DNA of 64,000 bases from Blastocatellia bacterium (GTDB taxonomy: Bacteria > Acidobacteriota > Blastocatellia > RBC074), in the NCBI GenBank assembly GCA_033763135.1, contig JANRKY010000047.1:4210-68209 (forward strand), given 5' to 3'. A model generated the notes under the pieces. That model was given only the letters and a program-made list of their open reading frames with translations. It ran no database searches and was not told the origin of the DNA. This document shows positions 16,242 to 27,036 of this stretch, in pieces; position 1 is the stretch's first letter, and the number at the start of each line of letters is the position of its first letter. A program made the translations under genes and the position numbers.

Positions 16242-18620
16242 TTATTTTCCTCCGCCGATGCGGACGCGGAGTCCCGCAGAGAAGTTCAGCCGATAGGCCG
16301 GAAAGCCGAGCACCTCTTCGTAGTTCTGATTGAGAAGATTTTCGATGCGGGCGAAGAGGCTGAGATGGGAGTTGAAGCGCCAGGCGCCGGCGATGTCGAT
16401 TTTCGCGAAGCGGCGGTTATAGATGGGGTTTCCCTGAGAGTCGAAACGGGAGAAGAGGACGGGGTCGATATCGCGACGTCTTCCGAGGAAGACGCCGTCG
16501 AGACTGAGATCGAGTTTATCGCCGATCCAGGCGGCGTTGAACGAGCCGGAGTGGCGCGGGCGTCGAAGCAGGGGAAGGCCGACGTCGCGGTTGGGGACGA
16601 GAGTGAGCGTATTGAAATCGATGACGTCGGCGGCGGCTTCGAGATTGGTTCGGAGCAGCGTATAGGCGCCGCCGAACTGGAGGAAGCGTTTGGGGTGCCA
16701 GTTGGCGGTCACTTCCACGCCGGTGGCGCGTGCGCGATCGTTGTTGACGTAGTGGGTCAATCGTCCGTCGGCGAGCTTGATGGGGCCGCCGAAGGTGGAC
16801 GGATTGCCGACGAAGGCGATCTGGTCCCGGAAGCGATTATCGAAATAGACCGCCTCGATGCGGATGCGATCCTTGAGGAAGAACTGTTCGAGGCCGATGT
16901 CGGCGTTGCGCGAGCGTTCGGGGTTGAGCGCGGGATTTCCGAGAAAGAAGGGGCTTGGGCTGAAGGCTTCGATGAGGGTGGGGGCCTTGATGCCTTCGCC
17001 GTAATTGAACTTGAGTCGCGTCGGGCCGCGCCGGCTCTGGATGCCGCTTGGGCGGAGGATATAGGTGATGGCGATTTTGGGGGTGACGACGTTGCCGAAT
17101 CCGACGGCGCCGTCATAGGGGGGCGAGTTCAGATCGCCGAGGACTTTCGCGAAGTTCGCGGGGAGAGTGGAGCGGTTGTTTTCGATGCGAATGCCGGCGG
17201 TGACGAAGATCCGCGGGCCGTAGGAGAATTGATCCTGGATGAAGGCGCCGAGGTTGCGGCGATCGGTGGGGACGCGGTTGCGTCCGGCGAAGCCGCTGTC
17301 GAAGACGGCTCGTTCCTGATCGTAGTCGATGCCGGCGGAGATGAAGTGGGCGTTGGGAAGGACGAAGTCGCTCTGGTAGCGAAGGCCGCGGCGGCGTTGA
17401 TTGTTGCTGAAGAGAGAGGCGAAGTCGTTGAATGCGATGCCGGGGTCCGCGGGCGTATTGGGCTTTGTCAGATCCTGGGCGGCGGGGTCGAAACTGAGAT
17501 AGTTGTTTCCCGAATAGACGAAGGTGAGCGTCTGGCGCCAGTAGTTCGTCGTCTGGTCTTCGAGGCGCAGGGCGGTGGCGATGCGGCGTCGTTCCGCGCG
17601 TTCGTCGGGATCGGCGAAGAGGCGGGCGGTTGCGCCGGGGGCGCCGAGGCCGGAGTTGTCGCTGCGAACGGTGGCGCGGAACTGGGTGCGGGCGGTGAAG
17701 CGATAGCCGAGATTGGCGGTGGCGACGCGGTTCTGATAGTCGTCGTTTCGGAATCGGCCGTTGGTCGCCAGGTGGGTGAAGCTGGCGGAGTAGTCGAGGT
17801 CGCCGAGGAGTCCCGAGAATCGCGCGGACTGCCGATGGAAGGCGAAGCTGCCGCCCTCGGCGGAGATTACCAGTTCCGGGGTGGTGGTGGCGCCGCGATG
17901 AGTGAAGATCTGGAGGACGCCGCTCATGGCATCGGAGCCGTAGAGGGCGCTTTGCGCGCCGCGAACGAGTTCGACGCGGGCGATGTTGTCGGTGGTCAGA
18001 TCGCCGAAGTCGAATTGGCCGCCGGCGTCATTGGCGGGGACGCCGTCGATGAGAACTTTGGTGTAATCGGATTCGCCGCCGCGGACGAAGAGGGAGGCGA
18101 TTCCGCCGCGCCGGCCGGTCTGCAGGGCGATGACGCCGGGGGAGGAGCGCAGTGCGTCGAAGAGGTTGATCCGCTGGTTGCGCAGCAGGTCCGCGCCCTG
18201 GGCGACGAAGGCGCTGGCGCCGGTTTCGTTGAGGCGGGAGTCGGTGCGCGTGGCGGTCACGATGACGGCGTCTTCGATGGCGGCGACGGTCATGGCGATG
18301 ACGATCTGAAATTCCTGGCCGGAGACGATACGGACCGGTTGCGGGCCGCCGCTCTGGGTGAGGGCGTCGACGTCGACGGAGAGGGAATAGGCGCCGGGTT
18401 TCAATCTTCCGAAGAAGAATTCGCCTTGTTCTCCGGACGTGGTTTCGCGGACAGCGATCTTGTTGGCGTAGAGCAGGACGATGCGGGCGTTGCGCACGGC
18501 GTTTCCGCGCGAATCGGTGACGACGCCGCGGAGCGAGCCGCGGCCGGATTGCGCGAAGGCGGCGGCGGCGAGCAGTCCGAGGAGCAGGGCGATTGCGAGA
18601 TGGTGAAAAACGGTTCTCAT
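16242..18620 (-). CDS. btuB: TonB-dependent receptor, BtuB-like, with N-terminal carboxypeptidase-regulatory-like domain
   Basis: VTATR, VLIDGV, RVELVRGAQSALYGSDAMSGV plug motifs, GNPALNPE, IENLLNQNYE; last gene of the B12-riboswitch operon. Confidence 0.85.
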   Translation of the reverse strand: MRTVFHHLAIALLLGLLAAAAFAQSGRGSLRGVVTDSRGNAVRNARIVLLYANKIAVRETTSGEQGEFFFGRLKPGAYSLSVDVDALTQSGGPQPVRIVSGQEFQIVIAMTVAAIEDAVIVTATRTDSRLNETGASAFVAQGADLLRNQRINLFDALRSSPGVIALQTGRRGGIASLFVRGGESDYTKVLIDGVPANDAGGQFDFGDLTTDNIARVELVRGAQSALYGSDAMSGVLQIFTHRGATTTPELVISAEGGSFAFHRQSARFSGLLGDLDYSASFTHLATNGRFRNDDYQNRVATANLGYRFTARTQFRATVRSDNSGLGAPGATARLFADPDERAERRRIATALRLEDQTTNYWRQTLTFVYSGNNYLSFDPAAQDLTKPNTPADPGIAFNDFASLFSNNQRRRGLRYQSDFVLPNAHFISAGIDYDQERAVFDSGFAGRNRVPTDRRNLGAFIQDQFSYGPRIFVTAGIRIENNRSTLPANFAKVLGDLNSPPYDGAVGFGNVVTPKIAITYILRPSGIQSRRGPTRLKFNYGEGIKAPTLIEAFSPSPFFLGNPALNPERSRNADIGLEQFFLKDRIRIEAVYFDNRFRDQIAFVGNPSTFGGPIKLADGRLTHYVNNDRARATGVEVTANWHPKRFLQFGGAYTLLRTNLEAAADVIDFNTLTLVPNRDVGLPLLRRPRHSGSFNAAWIGDKLDLSLDGVFLGRRRDIDPVLFSRFDSQGNPIYNRRFAKIDIAGAWRFNSHLSLFARIENLLNQNYEEVLGFPAYRLNFSAGLRVRIGGGK

Positions 18621-18726
18621 ATTGGATTCCTTGGATCAATCGATGGAAAACGAATCTCCGCGGCAGGATCGCGGCCCGGGTTCCTCCAATTTCCGGAGGA
18701 AAAGGCAGGCGCGATTGTGTTGCCGG

Positions 18727-19500
18727 TTACGTCGGGGGCGCCCACGAGATGCGGGGATTGCCGGTTTGCGGATGGGCGTCCACAAGCAGCGGCAGGTTGA
18801 AGATCTCACCGAGAAGGGGGGCGGTCAGGACGTGGCGCGGAGGGCCGCACGCGATCAGGGCGCCGTCCTGGAGCAGGGCGACGCGATCGGCGAATTCGGA
18901 TGCGAGATTGATTTCGTGTGTGACGACGAGGCATCCGAACTCTTTTTCGCGGGTCAGGCGCCGAACGAATGCGAGCAGCGAGATCTGGTGCGCGATGTCC
19001 GCGTTGGCGGTCGGCTCATCGAGCAGGAGAAGGGGAGCTTCCTGCGCGAGGGCGCGCGCGAGAACGACGCGCTGGCGTTCGCCGCTCGAAAGTTGGTTGA
19101 AGGGGCGTCGGGCGAATTGGGCGGCGTCGGTTTTGACGAGGGCCTGATGCGCGATGTCGACATCGTGGGGGGAATCGAAGCCGAAGGCGCTGCCGTGGGC
19201 GAATCTGCCGGCGAGGACATATTCGAGCGCGGTCAGGGGAAAGCGAAGTTCGCCGGATTGGGCGACGAGTGCGACGCGGTGGGCGATCTCGCGTCGGGAG
19301 AAGTGGCGAAGGGGGCGGCCGTCGAGAAGGACCTCGCCGTGGGAGGGGCGAAGGAGTCCCTGGGCGAGGCCGAGAAGCGTCGATTTTCCAGCGCCGTTCG
19401 GTCCGAGCAGGGCGAGGACTTCGCCGGGGCGCAGGTCGAGGGTGATGCCATGGAGCACTTCCTGTTCATAGCCGAAATGGACATCGCGGAGTTCAAGCAT
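18727..19500 (-). CDS. btuD: Cobalamin/iron-chelate ABC transporter ATP-binding protein
   Basis: GPNGAGKS, LSSGERQR, LLLDEP motifs. Confidence 0.85.
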   Translation of the reverse strand: MLELRDVHFGYEQEVLHGITLDLRPGEVLALLGPNGAGKSTLLGLAQGLLRPSHGEVLLDGRPLRHFSRREIAHRVALVAQSGELRFPLTALEYVLAGRFAHGSAFGFDSPHDVDIAHQALVKTDAAQFARRPFNQLSSGERQRVVLARALAQEAPLLLLDEPTANADIAHQISLLAFVRRLTREKEFGCLVVTHEINLASEFADRVALLQDGALIACGPPRHVLTAPLLGEIFNLPLLVDAHPQTGNPRISWAPPT

Positions 19501-20554
19501 GGCGCGTTCGCATGAGCAGATAGATCAGAACGGGGGCGCCGATGAGGGCGGTGATTGCGCCGGTCGGCAGTTCGCGGGGGGCGAGGGCGGTCCGGGCGAT
19601 TGTATCAGAAAGCAGGACCAGGAGCGCGCCGGAGGCGGCGGACGCGGGAATGACCAGGCGATTGTCGGCGCCGCCGGCGAGCCGGACGAGATGGGGGACG
19701 ACGAGGCCGACATAGCCGATGGCGCCGCCCGCGGTGACGGCCGCGCCGGTCAGAAGCGATGCGGTCAGATAGACGATCAGGCGAACGCGCGCGATTTCGA
19801 TGCCCATCGAGAAGGCTTCGCGTTCGCCGATCATCAGGAGATTGAGGGCCCGGGATTGCGTTACGAGCAGACAGGCGCCTCCGATGGCGGAGGCGATGAC
19901 GAAGATCGTGGCCTCGGTCGTTCCGCTGGAGAGGTCGCCGAGCAGCCAGAGCGTGATGTTTCGAAGGCGAATATTGTCCGCCAGCGCGGTCAGCAGCACG
20001 ATGACCGAGGAAAGAAAGGTCGAGATGACGACGCCGGCCAGGATCAGGTGGGCGGGGGCGTCTCTTCGGCGGCCGATTTGATAGACGACGAAGGTGGACG
20101 CGCAGGCGCCGGCGAATCCGAAGAGCGGGCGGCTCATCGTGTACTGGCTGGCCAGCATGATGGCCAGAATCGATCCGAGGGCGGCGCCGCCGGAGACGCC
20201 GAGCACATAGGGGTCGGCCAGCGGATTTCGCAGCAGGGCCTGAAATGCGGCGCCCGCGACGCCGAGAGCCGCGCCGACGCCGAGGGCCATGGCGATGCGC
20301 GGCAGGCGGAGACTGAAGAGAATGACCTCCTGTTCGCGAGAGAGGGGCGGCGTCTGTCCCAGGAGTTTTGCGGGGAGGATCATCATCAATTGTCCGAGCG
20401 GGATGGACTCGCTGCCGATCGCCATCGAGAGCAGGGTGGCCAGAAGCAGGGCCAGGCAGAGCGCGCAGACGACAATCGTCGCGCGGCGTCGGGTCAGATA
20501 CCCGTTTCCGGCAAAGGCGAGCGTCTCGTTGAGCAGCGTTTCGGTTTTCATCAT
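19493..20554 (-). CDS. btuC: FecCD/BtuC family ABC permease
   Basis: LRLPR, RNPLADPYVLGVSGGA, IGYVGLVVPH motifs. Confidence 0.88.
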   Translation of the reverse strand: MMKTETLLNETLAFAGNGYLTRRRATIVVCALCLALLLATLLSMAIGSESIPLGQLMMILPAKLLGQTPPLSREQEVILFSLRLPRIAMALGVGAALGVAGAAFQALLRNPLADPYVLGVSGGAALGSILAIMLASQYTMSRPLFGFAGACASTFVVYQIGRRRDAPAHLILAGVVISTFLSSVIVLLTALADNIRLRNITLWLLGDLSSGTTEATIFVIASAIGGACLLVTQSRALNLLMIGEREAFSMGIEIARVRLIVYLTASLLTGAAVTAGGAIGYVGLVVPHLVRLAGGADNRLVIPASAASGALLVLLSDTIARTALAPRELPTGAITALIGAPVLIYLLMRTRHA

Positions 20555-21468
20555 GGGCTTCCCGGGTGGAGTCCCTGCGCGAGTTGTTCGAGGCCCTCGA
20601 CGATGCGGGGGCCGGGACGATCGACCCAGTCCGGGTTGACCCGGACGATGCGATTTGCGCGGATGGCGGGCGTCGTGGCGAAATCCTTTCGCAGATCCTC
20701 TTCGCGGACGGTTTCGGTCCCGTGGCTGCCGGGCGCGACGATCACGTCCGGGGCGCGCGCGATGACGGTTTCACGGGAGAATTGCGGGTAGTCGGCCTTT
20801 TCATCCTCGGAGATCGAGGTTCCGCCGGCCAGGCGAATCAGGTCGGTGATGAAGGTATTTCGGCCCGCCGTAATGAGCGGCGAGGCTTGAAGGACATAGA
20901 GGGTTCGCGGGCGCGGCAGGGAGCCGACGCGTCGCCGGACATCCGCGATGCGGCGCTCCATTTCGCGCGCGATCTCGTCGGCGCGGGGCGCGGCGCCGGT
21001 CGCTTCGCCGATTGCCCGGATCGAGGCGACGATCTCCTGAATGTCCCGCGGATTGCTGACATAGACGGGGACGCCCAGCTGATCCATTCGGCGAGTCAGG
21101 GTTTCGAGCTGGCTGGAGGTCGTGATGAGCACGAGATCGGGTTTGAGGGCGATGATCCGCTCCAGGTCCGGGCGGAGCGTGTCTCCGACCTTCGGCTTCG
21201 TTGTTGTGGATTCGGGATAGTCGCAATAGGAGGTCACGGCGACGACGCGATCTTCCAGGCCCAGGGCGAAAAGGATCTCGGTGATGTTGGGGGCCAGAGA
21301 GACGATGCGCTGCGGGCGTGCGACGATCTGGACGCTTCGCCCCAGACCGTCGGTCATGGAGCGCGTCGCCGGGGGAGTCGCTTCCAGGGCGGGGCGCGAG
21401 CAGGCGGCCAGGAGCAGCAACAGGCCGGCGGCCGAGAGCGTGATGAGAGAGTTTCTGAATCTGGTCAT
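20551..21468 (-). CDS. btuF: Cobalamin-binding lipoprotein
   Basis: Lipobox LAAC, PQRIVSLAPNITEILFALG, RPGPR motifs. Confidence 0.88.
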   Translation of the reverse strand: MTRFRNSLITLSAAGLLLLLAACSRPALEATPPATRSMTDGLGRSVQIVARPQRIVSLAPNITEILFALGLEDRVVAVTSYCDYPESTTTKPKVGDTLRPDLERIIALKPDLVLITTSSQLETLTRRMDQLGVPVYVSNPRDIQEIVASIRAIGEATGAAPRADEIAREMERRIADVRRRVGSLPRPRTLYVLQASPLITAGRNTFITDLIRLAGGTSISEDEKADYPQFSRETVIARAPDVIVAPGSHGTETVREEDLRKDFATTPAIRANRIVRVNPDWVDRPGPRIVEGLEQLAQGLHPGSP

Positions 21469-21650
21469 CGAAAATCAGGGCGGGGGGCGATTCTGTCGCC
21501 CAACCCATTGAAAACACAAAAGCCTCAGGCGCATTGGGTGAAATTGCGCGTCTGAGGCTCAGAGTTGTCCCTGATTCGTCAAGGCGGAGTTCGACCGCCA
21601 TTGAAGACCACGCCGCGCTCTTTCATCCGAAGAGGGGTCGAAATTTTTCT

Positions 21651-21850
21651 TCAGGCAGGTCTCCTGACTCGGCATTCAATCAACGCGGCCTTCTCGCTCC
21701 GGAGGTCGGCGCAATGGCGCAGAGGTGCGTTGATCTTCGTTCCGGCGGACTGGCCGGACGTCATTGCCTTACAGTGGCGGTGACCGTGCGGGATTTACAC
21801 CCGCTTCCCTATTCTCCCGGCGCGTGTTGGCGACCGGGCACCCGAAGATT
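21651..21850 (-). promoter_or_regulatory. Cobalamin riboswitch
   Basis: Minus strand reads GGTGC...AATAGGGAAGCGGGTGTAAATCCCGCACGGTCACCGCCACTGT...GAGTCAGGAGACCTGCC (B12 box), directly upstream of btuF. Confidence 0.93.
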
Positions 21851-22184
21851 ATGAAAAGAACATTCTTGCTTGCCTACTTGCTTGCCTTCTTGCTTGATCG
21901 ACATCGAAAGCGGAACGTATCACGCCTTTCCGCGGGGCGTCAATGCTGAATGAAATGGGGGTGGAATGAAATATAACTTGAGCCGGCGACCGGAAACGGT
22001 GTAAACATGAGCCGTCCCGGAAGGCGCCCTTACTCCGCCGCCGCCAATCGGTCCCCAAAAAAATGTGTAATATGCGAGGGCGATATCTCACTAAAGGATT
22101 GAACATCGAGAGGACTCCCTCCAGGAAAATCGATCGCGAAAATAGATTGCACTGATTCAATATCAAGAATAGGAAAAAAAATCT

Positions 22185-23513
22185 GTGGCAGATACGAAGA
22201 AACAGTTGTTGGAGAAGATTGCCTCGCGTTCCGCAAGAGTCGGCGTGATAGGACTTGGCTATGTGGGATTGCCGTTGGTGGTGGAATTTGGGCATAGCGG
22301 ATTTCATTCGACGGGATTCGAGGTGGATGCGAGGAAGTCGGATGCGGTGAATCGGGGAGAGTCGTATATTCCGGACGTGCCGACGGAGCAGGTGGCGGAG
22401 CTGGTGGCGGCGAAGCGGCTGGATGCGACGACCGATTTCGCGAAGCTGGCGGAGATGGACATCATCATCATCTGTGTGCCGACGCCGCTGCGCAAGACGA
22501 AGGATCCGGATGTGTCCTACATTCTGGCGGCCTCCGAGAAGATTCAGGCGGCGATGCGGCCGGGGCAGTTGATCATTCTGGAATCGACGACCTATCCGGG
22601 GACGACGGACGAGGTGTTGAAGCCGATGTTCGACGCGACGGGGCTGACGCTGGATGAGGACTATTTCCTGGCCTTTTCGCCGGAGCGGGTGGATCCGGGG
22701 AACGAGAAGTTCAACACCAAGAACATCACGAAGGTGGTGGGCGGGGTGTCGGCGGTGAGCGCGGAGGTGGCGGCGGCGGCCTATGCCGCGATCGTGAACA
22801 AGGTGCATCCGGTCAGTTCGGCGCGTGTGGCGGAGGCGTGCAAGCTGCTCGAGAACACGTTCCGGGCGGTCAATATCGGGTTGGTGAACGAGCTGGCGCT
22901 GTTGTGCGACACGCTGGGGATCGATAGTTGGGAAGTGATCAACGCGGCGGCGACGAAGCCGTTCGGGTTCATGGCGTTCTATCCGGGGCCGGGGATCGGC
23001 GGGCACTGCATCCCGCTGGATCCGCATTATCTGTCGTGGAAGGCGCGGATGCATGGCTTCGAGGCGCGGTTCATTTCACTGGCGGAAGAGGTCAATTCGA
23101 GCATGCCCGATCACGTCGTCGAGCTGGTGACGCGCGGGTTGAACAAGCACCGCAAGTCGGTCAACGGGTCGAACATTTTGATCATGGGCGTGGCCTACAA
23201 GCGGGATATCGACGATATGCGCGAGAGTCCGGCGCTGGGGATCGTCGAGAAGCTGCAGGAGCTCGGGGCGGAGGTGCGATTTCATGACCCGCATGTGGCG
23301 GAGATTCATCTGGAAGGGAACGGGCAGGTGATGCAGGGAACGCCGCTGACGAGCGAACTGGTGACGGATGCCGATTGCGTGGTGATCGTGACGGATCATC
23401 GTTCGATCGATTATGGCTGGATCTGCGAGCGGTCCAAGCTGGTGGTGGATACGCGCAACGCCACCCGCGGTCTGGGCAGCGAAGAGGCGCAGGCAAAGGT
23501 GATTCGGTTGTAG
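22185..23513 (+). CDS. Nucleotide-sugar dehydrogenase (UDP-N-acetyl-hexosamine dehydrogenase, WbpA/WecC-like)
   Basis: GLGYVGLP, CVPTP, ESTTYPGTT, SPER, GGHCIP, DDMRESP motifs. Confidence 0.92.
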   Translation: MADTKKQLLEKIASRSARVGVIGLGYVGLPLVVEFGHSGFHSTGFEVDARKSDAVNRGESYIPDVPTEQVAELVAAKRLDATTDFAKLAEMDIIIICVPTPLRKTKDPDVSYILAASEKIQAAMRPGQLIILESTTYPGTTDEVLKPMFDATGLTLDEDYFLAFSPERVDPGNEKFNTKNITKVVGGVSAVSAEVAAAAYAAIVNKVHPVSSARVAEACKLLENTFRAVNIGLVNELALLCDTLGIDSWEVINAAATKPFGFMAFYPGPGIGGHCIPLDPHYLSWKARMHGFEARFISLAEEVNSSMPDHVVELVTRGLNKHRKSVNGSNILIMGVAYKRDIDDMRESPALGIVEKLQELGAEVRFHDPHVAEIHLEGNGQVMQGTPLTSELVTDADCVVIVTDHRSIDYGWICERSKLVVDTRNATRGLGSEEAQAKVIRL

Positions 23514-23644
23514 GAGCGACGCGGGGACGCGGCGAAGTTGTGGCGGAAGGGGCGAGATCGCAGCTTCCGCGGCGGGAGTGTTTCCTGTTCGAAGAAGAAG
23601 GCGGGGCGGGCGGCATGAATGGGAAGCCGTCGGTTCCGCCTTTT

Positions 23645-26161
23645 TTATTTGACGATGAGGACCTTGTGGGCGCCCGGGGGGACGCGGAAGCTGGCGGCGG
23701 CGCCGGGGGAGGTGCTTCCGAGGACCTTGTCGTCGACGGAGACGGTGATCTTCTTGCCTTCGGCGCCGGGGACGAGGAGGCGGACCTGTTCGCGGGTCTC
23801 GATGGCGAAGCCGATGGCGCGATCATTGACGCGATAGGCGCGCAGGCGGACGGGGCCTTCGCATTCGACGTCGATTTTGCCGTCGCGTCGGATGACAGTC
23901 CGTTTGGGACCGGCGATGACGTCGAACGAGGCGCCCGAGAAGCGGAGGCGTTCGATGCGGGACTCTTCGGCGGCGACGACGCTGCCCATGGCGAGTCCTC
24001 CCCAGGGATCGGAGTTGATGAGTTCCTCAATGGCGGGCCAGAGCGCGAGGCCGGCGAAGTCGGAGACCGGGGGGCGCGCGGTTTCGGCGTCGTCTTCGGT
24101 GGCGCGGGACTCGGCGCTGGGAAAGAGATCAGGCAGGCGGCGCGTCTTTTCCAGCGAGGTCCGGGCGGCGAGGCTGCATCTGGCGGCGACCTGGGCGGCC
24201 TCGTCGTGAAAGCCGTAGCGCTTGAGGCCGAGATAGAGCAGATAGTTGGCCGGCGCCCAGGAGCCGCCGCGGCCGGCGGTCGTGCCGTCGAAGGCCGGAT
24301 CGTTGCGGGCGATGAAGGGGAGAGGCTGTTCGAACCCGAATCGTCTGGTCTCCCGCAGGGCTTCCAGCAGGATCTTGGCGCGTTCTTCGGAGGCGAGGCC
24401 GGCGATGAGGGGATAGAAGTTCTCCAGGCTCAGCCGGCGGGAGTAGCGTCCATCCCAGTATCGGTTGAGATAGAGGCCGTCTTCTTCACTCCAGAGTTTT
24501 TTATTGATGCCGTCGCGGATTCTTTCGTACCGGGTCTGGAGCTGTTGGGCTTCGGCGGAGAGGCCGAGTTCGCGCGCCATCATCGCCAGCGTCTCGGTGT
24601 CGAGGGCATAGAGCGAATTGAGGCCGACGGGAGAGAATTCGACGGTGTGAGTTCGCTCGTTGTATTTCAGCTCGTCGTTTGGGGGCGGGTGTCCTCCTGA
24701 AGGAGAGGCGGAAGCGGAAGCCGCGCCCGAGGCTTCGGCGCGAAGCTCGTGGGGCCATTGCGGGCGGTCTTCGAGGCCGGTTTCGGAGAAGCTGAGCCGG
24801 AGCCGGGCGGCGGCGTTGAGAGATTTGGAGCCGACGGCGCCCATTTCGGCTTCGGCGTCGATGCCGAATTCGAGAAGGCCGTCACCGTTGCCGTCGCGCC
24901 AGGCGAGGCCGTCGCCGCGATCGGCCGTCCACCAGTCGTTCCATTGCTTCAAGCGGGGATAGGCCCAGGCGAGGAGCTCCAGGTCGTGGGTGGCGAGATA
25001 GACGCGCCAGACGCAGAAGGTGCCGACGGGAGGCATCGAGCGGCCCGCGGTGACGATCGACTCCTGCTGGGAGGCCTGCGCCTGTCCCGGAAGATGGCGT
25101 CGCAGGGGAAGGCGGCCATCGACCGTCTGCCCTTCGAGCAGCGCGTGCATGGTGGAAGCGGCGATCCCGCCGTCGAGCATCGCGGCCATCGCGCCGGCGA
25201 AGAAGGAGTCCCAACTGAAGACGGCTCCCTGGGAGAGAAGGCCCTGTCGCCGCGTGGGGGCGATGAATTCGAGCTGTCGTTCGGCCCAGTAATAGCGATT
25301 CCAGTTCAGCCAGCGGGTGACGGATTCGAGGCTCTCGCCGATGGCGCCGCTGCTGATTGGGCGCGCGCCGTCATAGATTCTGTCGGCGTTATCGAGGATC
25401 TCGTCCAGGGGTTTTTGCAGGGCCTTGGCGGCTTCGCGTCCCATGGCGTCGAAATCGTCCCCGACGACGGCGACGAAGCCCACGGATTGGTTCTGCGAAA
25501 GATCGAAGCTGAGCGCGGCCAGGCGGCTGACGGCATAGTCCGTGGGGGAGGCGATCTGTTGCGGGTGGCCGTCGCGGACGAGCATGGCGCGCATCGCGGC
25601 GAGATCGTTGTAATTGGCGGCGCCGATGCCGGTCCGATCGAAGCGGAGCAGCAGCCGTCGGAGGGGCGCCGGCGATTTCTGATTATGAACGTGCTCGCCG
25701 AGGATCGCCTGTCGATCGGGCTGAACGGAGAAGGCGGGCCACGAGGTTTCGCCGGAGGTCTGGCCCCAGGGGCGATAGGTCTCGACGGCGACTCGGACGG
25801 AGGCCGGAGCCGTCAGGCGGCCGACCACGATATTCTTGGCGACGCGGCTCCAGCGGAGGAGCACAGGCGTTTTTTCGTCGAACTGGGTGCGCCACTGAAT
25901 CCGGGCGGCCGAGCCATCGACGGCGGCCCGGCCGAAGTCGAACTGGCGGGGCGATTCCTCGACCGACGCGCCCTGGCGATAGACGAGAAAGCGCACGCCG
26001 AAGATATTCTGGTGATTGGTGATCAGGACGATTCCGTTGGCGTGCGCGGCATCGAAGGCGCCGGCCATCACGCGGTCCTGTGCCCGGGCGCCGGGGGCGG
26101 CGACGAGGACGAGCAACGAGAGAAGACGCACAACCTTTCGAAATTCGTTCATACTGCTCAC
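23645..26161 (-). CDS. Secreted six-hairpin glycoside hydrolase (GH63/MGH1/trehalase-like)
   Basis: Signal peptide; FSWDSFF, RSMPPVG, DGNGDGLLE, ETGLED, VGLNSLY, WAPANYLLYLGL motifs. Confidence 0.78.
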   Translation of the reverse strand: MSSMNEFRKVVRLLSLLVLVAAPGARAQDRVMAGAFDAAHANGIVLITNHQNIFGVRFLVYRQGASVEESPRQFDFGRAAVDGSAARIQWRTQFDEKTPVLLRWSRVAKNIVVGRLTAPASVRVAVETYRPWGQTSGETSWPAFSVQPDRQAILGEHVHNQKSPAPLRRLLLRFDRTGIGAANYNDLAAMRAMLVRDGHPQQIASPTDYAVSRLAALSFDLSQNQSVGFVAVVGDDFDAMGREAAKALQKPLDEILDNADRIYDGARPISSGAIGESLESVTRWLNWNRYYWAERQLEFIAPTRRQGLLSQGAVFSWDSFFAGAMAAMLDGGIAASTMHALLEGQTVDGRLPLRRHLPGQAQASQQESIVTAGRSMPPVGTFCVWRVYLATHDLELLAWAYPRLKQWNDWWTADRGDGLAWRDGNGDGLLEFGIDAEAEMGAVGSKSLNAAARLRLSFSETGLEDRPQWPHELRAEASGAASASASPSGGHPPPNDELKYNERTHTVEFSPVGLNSLYALDTETLAMMARELGLSAEAQQLQTRYERIRDGINKKLWSEEDGLYLNRYWDGRYSRRLSLENFYPLIAGLASEERAKILLEALRETRRFGFEQPLPFIARNDPAFDGTTAGRGGSWAPANYLLYLGLKRYGFHDEAAQVAARCSLAARTSLEKTRRLPDLFPSAESRATEDDAETARPPVSDFAGLALWPAIEELINSDPWGGLAMGSVVAAEESRIERLRFSGASFDVIAGPKRTVIRRDGKIDVECEGPVRLRAYRVNDRAIGFAIETREQVRLLVPGAEGKKITVSVDDKVLGSTSPGAAASFRVPPGAHKVLIVK

Positions 26162-26295
26162 TGTTCACGTTCGGCGTGGAGGGATGTTCCGCAGACCCGC
26201 CTATTTTGGTTTCGATGCGGGCATGCTTGCAAGCCGCCGCGCATCACGTACAATCACGATCTCGATTTTGCGGCGTCTTTTTTCTTTAATCACTT

Positions 26296-27036
26296 ATGGC
26301 CACTTACGATGAAATGAGCCTGACGCACAGGCTTTTTATGAAGGGATATTCCTTTTCGCGGTATGCCGTCGATCCGGCGGGAGGCGCGAAATTGTCGATG
26401 CCGCTGGCGCAGGCGCGGGTTGCGCTGGTGACGACGGCGGGGTTGCGGGAGCCCTCGCAGGCCGATTTCGATCATTCGAAGAAGCAGGGAGACACGTCCT
26501 TTCGCGAGATTTCGAATGGGGTCGAGACGCAGCGTCTGATCGAGTCGCATCGCAGCAGCGCGTTCGATCATACGGGGATTGCGGCGGATCGCAACCTGGC
26601 GTTTCCGCTCGATCGGTTTCGCGAGCTGGCGGCGCGCGGCGTGGTGGGGGAGTTGAATGAGCGCCATTTCAGTTTCATGGGATCGATCGTCAAGCCGCGT
26701 CCGTTGATCGAGGAGACGGCGCCGGAGGTGGCGCGAATGCTCCGGGAAGACGGCGTGACGGCCGTTTTTCTCACGCCCGTCTGACCGATGTGCAATCAGA
26801 CGGTCGGTCTGATACAAGCGGCGATCGAGCGCGAAGGGATCGCTGCGGTCTCCATCACCCTGCTGCGCGAAGTGACCCGGGTGATCCGGCCTTCGCGAGC
26901 GCTCTTCGCGCCCTATCCGATGGGGTTTCCCCTGGGACGGGCGAATGACGCGGAGTTGCAGCATCGGATTATCGCGGAGGCGCTCCGGTTGCTGGAGCGC
27001 GAAGATTTCCCAATTCTGGAAGAGTTCAATCCATGA
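26296..27036 (+). CDS. Glycine/sarcosine/betaine reductase selenoprotein B-like protein (Sec at TGA 26782-26784)
   Basis: ALVTTAG, DRNLAFP, FSFMG motifs and LTPV-U-PMC (UxxC). The two ORF-track ORFs are in frame. SECIS hairpin ATCAGAC-GGTCG-GTCTGAT. Confidence 0.88.
26795..26813 (+). promoter_or_regulatory. Bacterial SECIS element
   Basis: Perfect 7-bp stem spanning +11..+29 after UGA, with a GGUCG loop. Confidence 0.8.

Noticed and set aside
16206-18800. 864-aa + strand ORF (likewise 18622-20791, 23375-24700, 24749-26317)
   Set aside because: Antisense shadows of well-supported minus-strand genes in GC-rich DNA; no recognisable motifs.
26296-27036. Two separate genes or a pseudogene
   Set aside because: In-frame TGA within a UxxC motif plus a SECIS indicates one selenoprotein.
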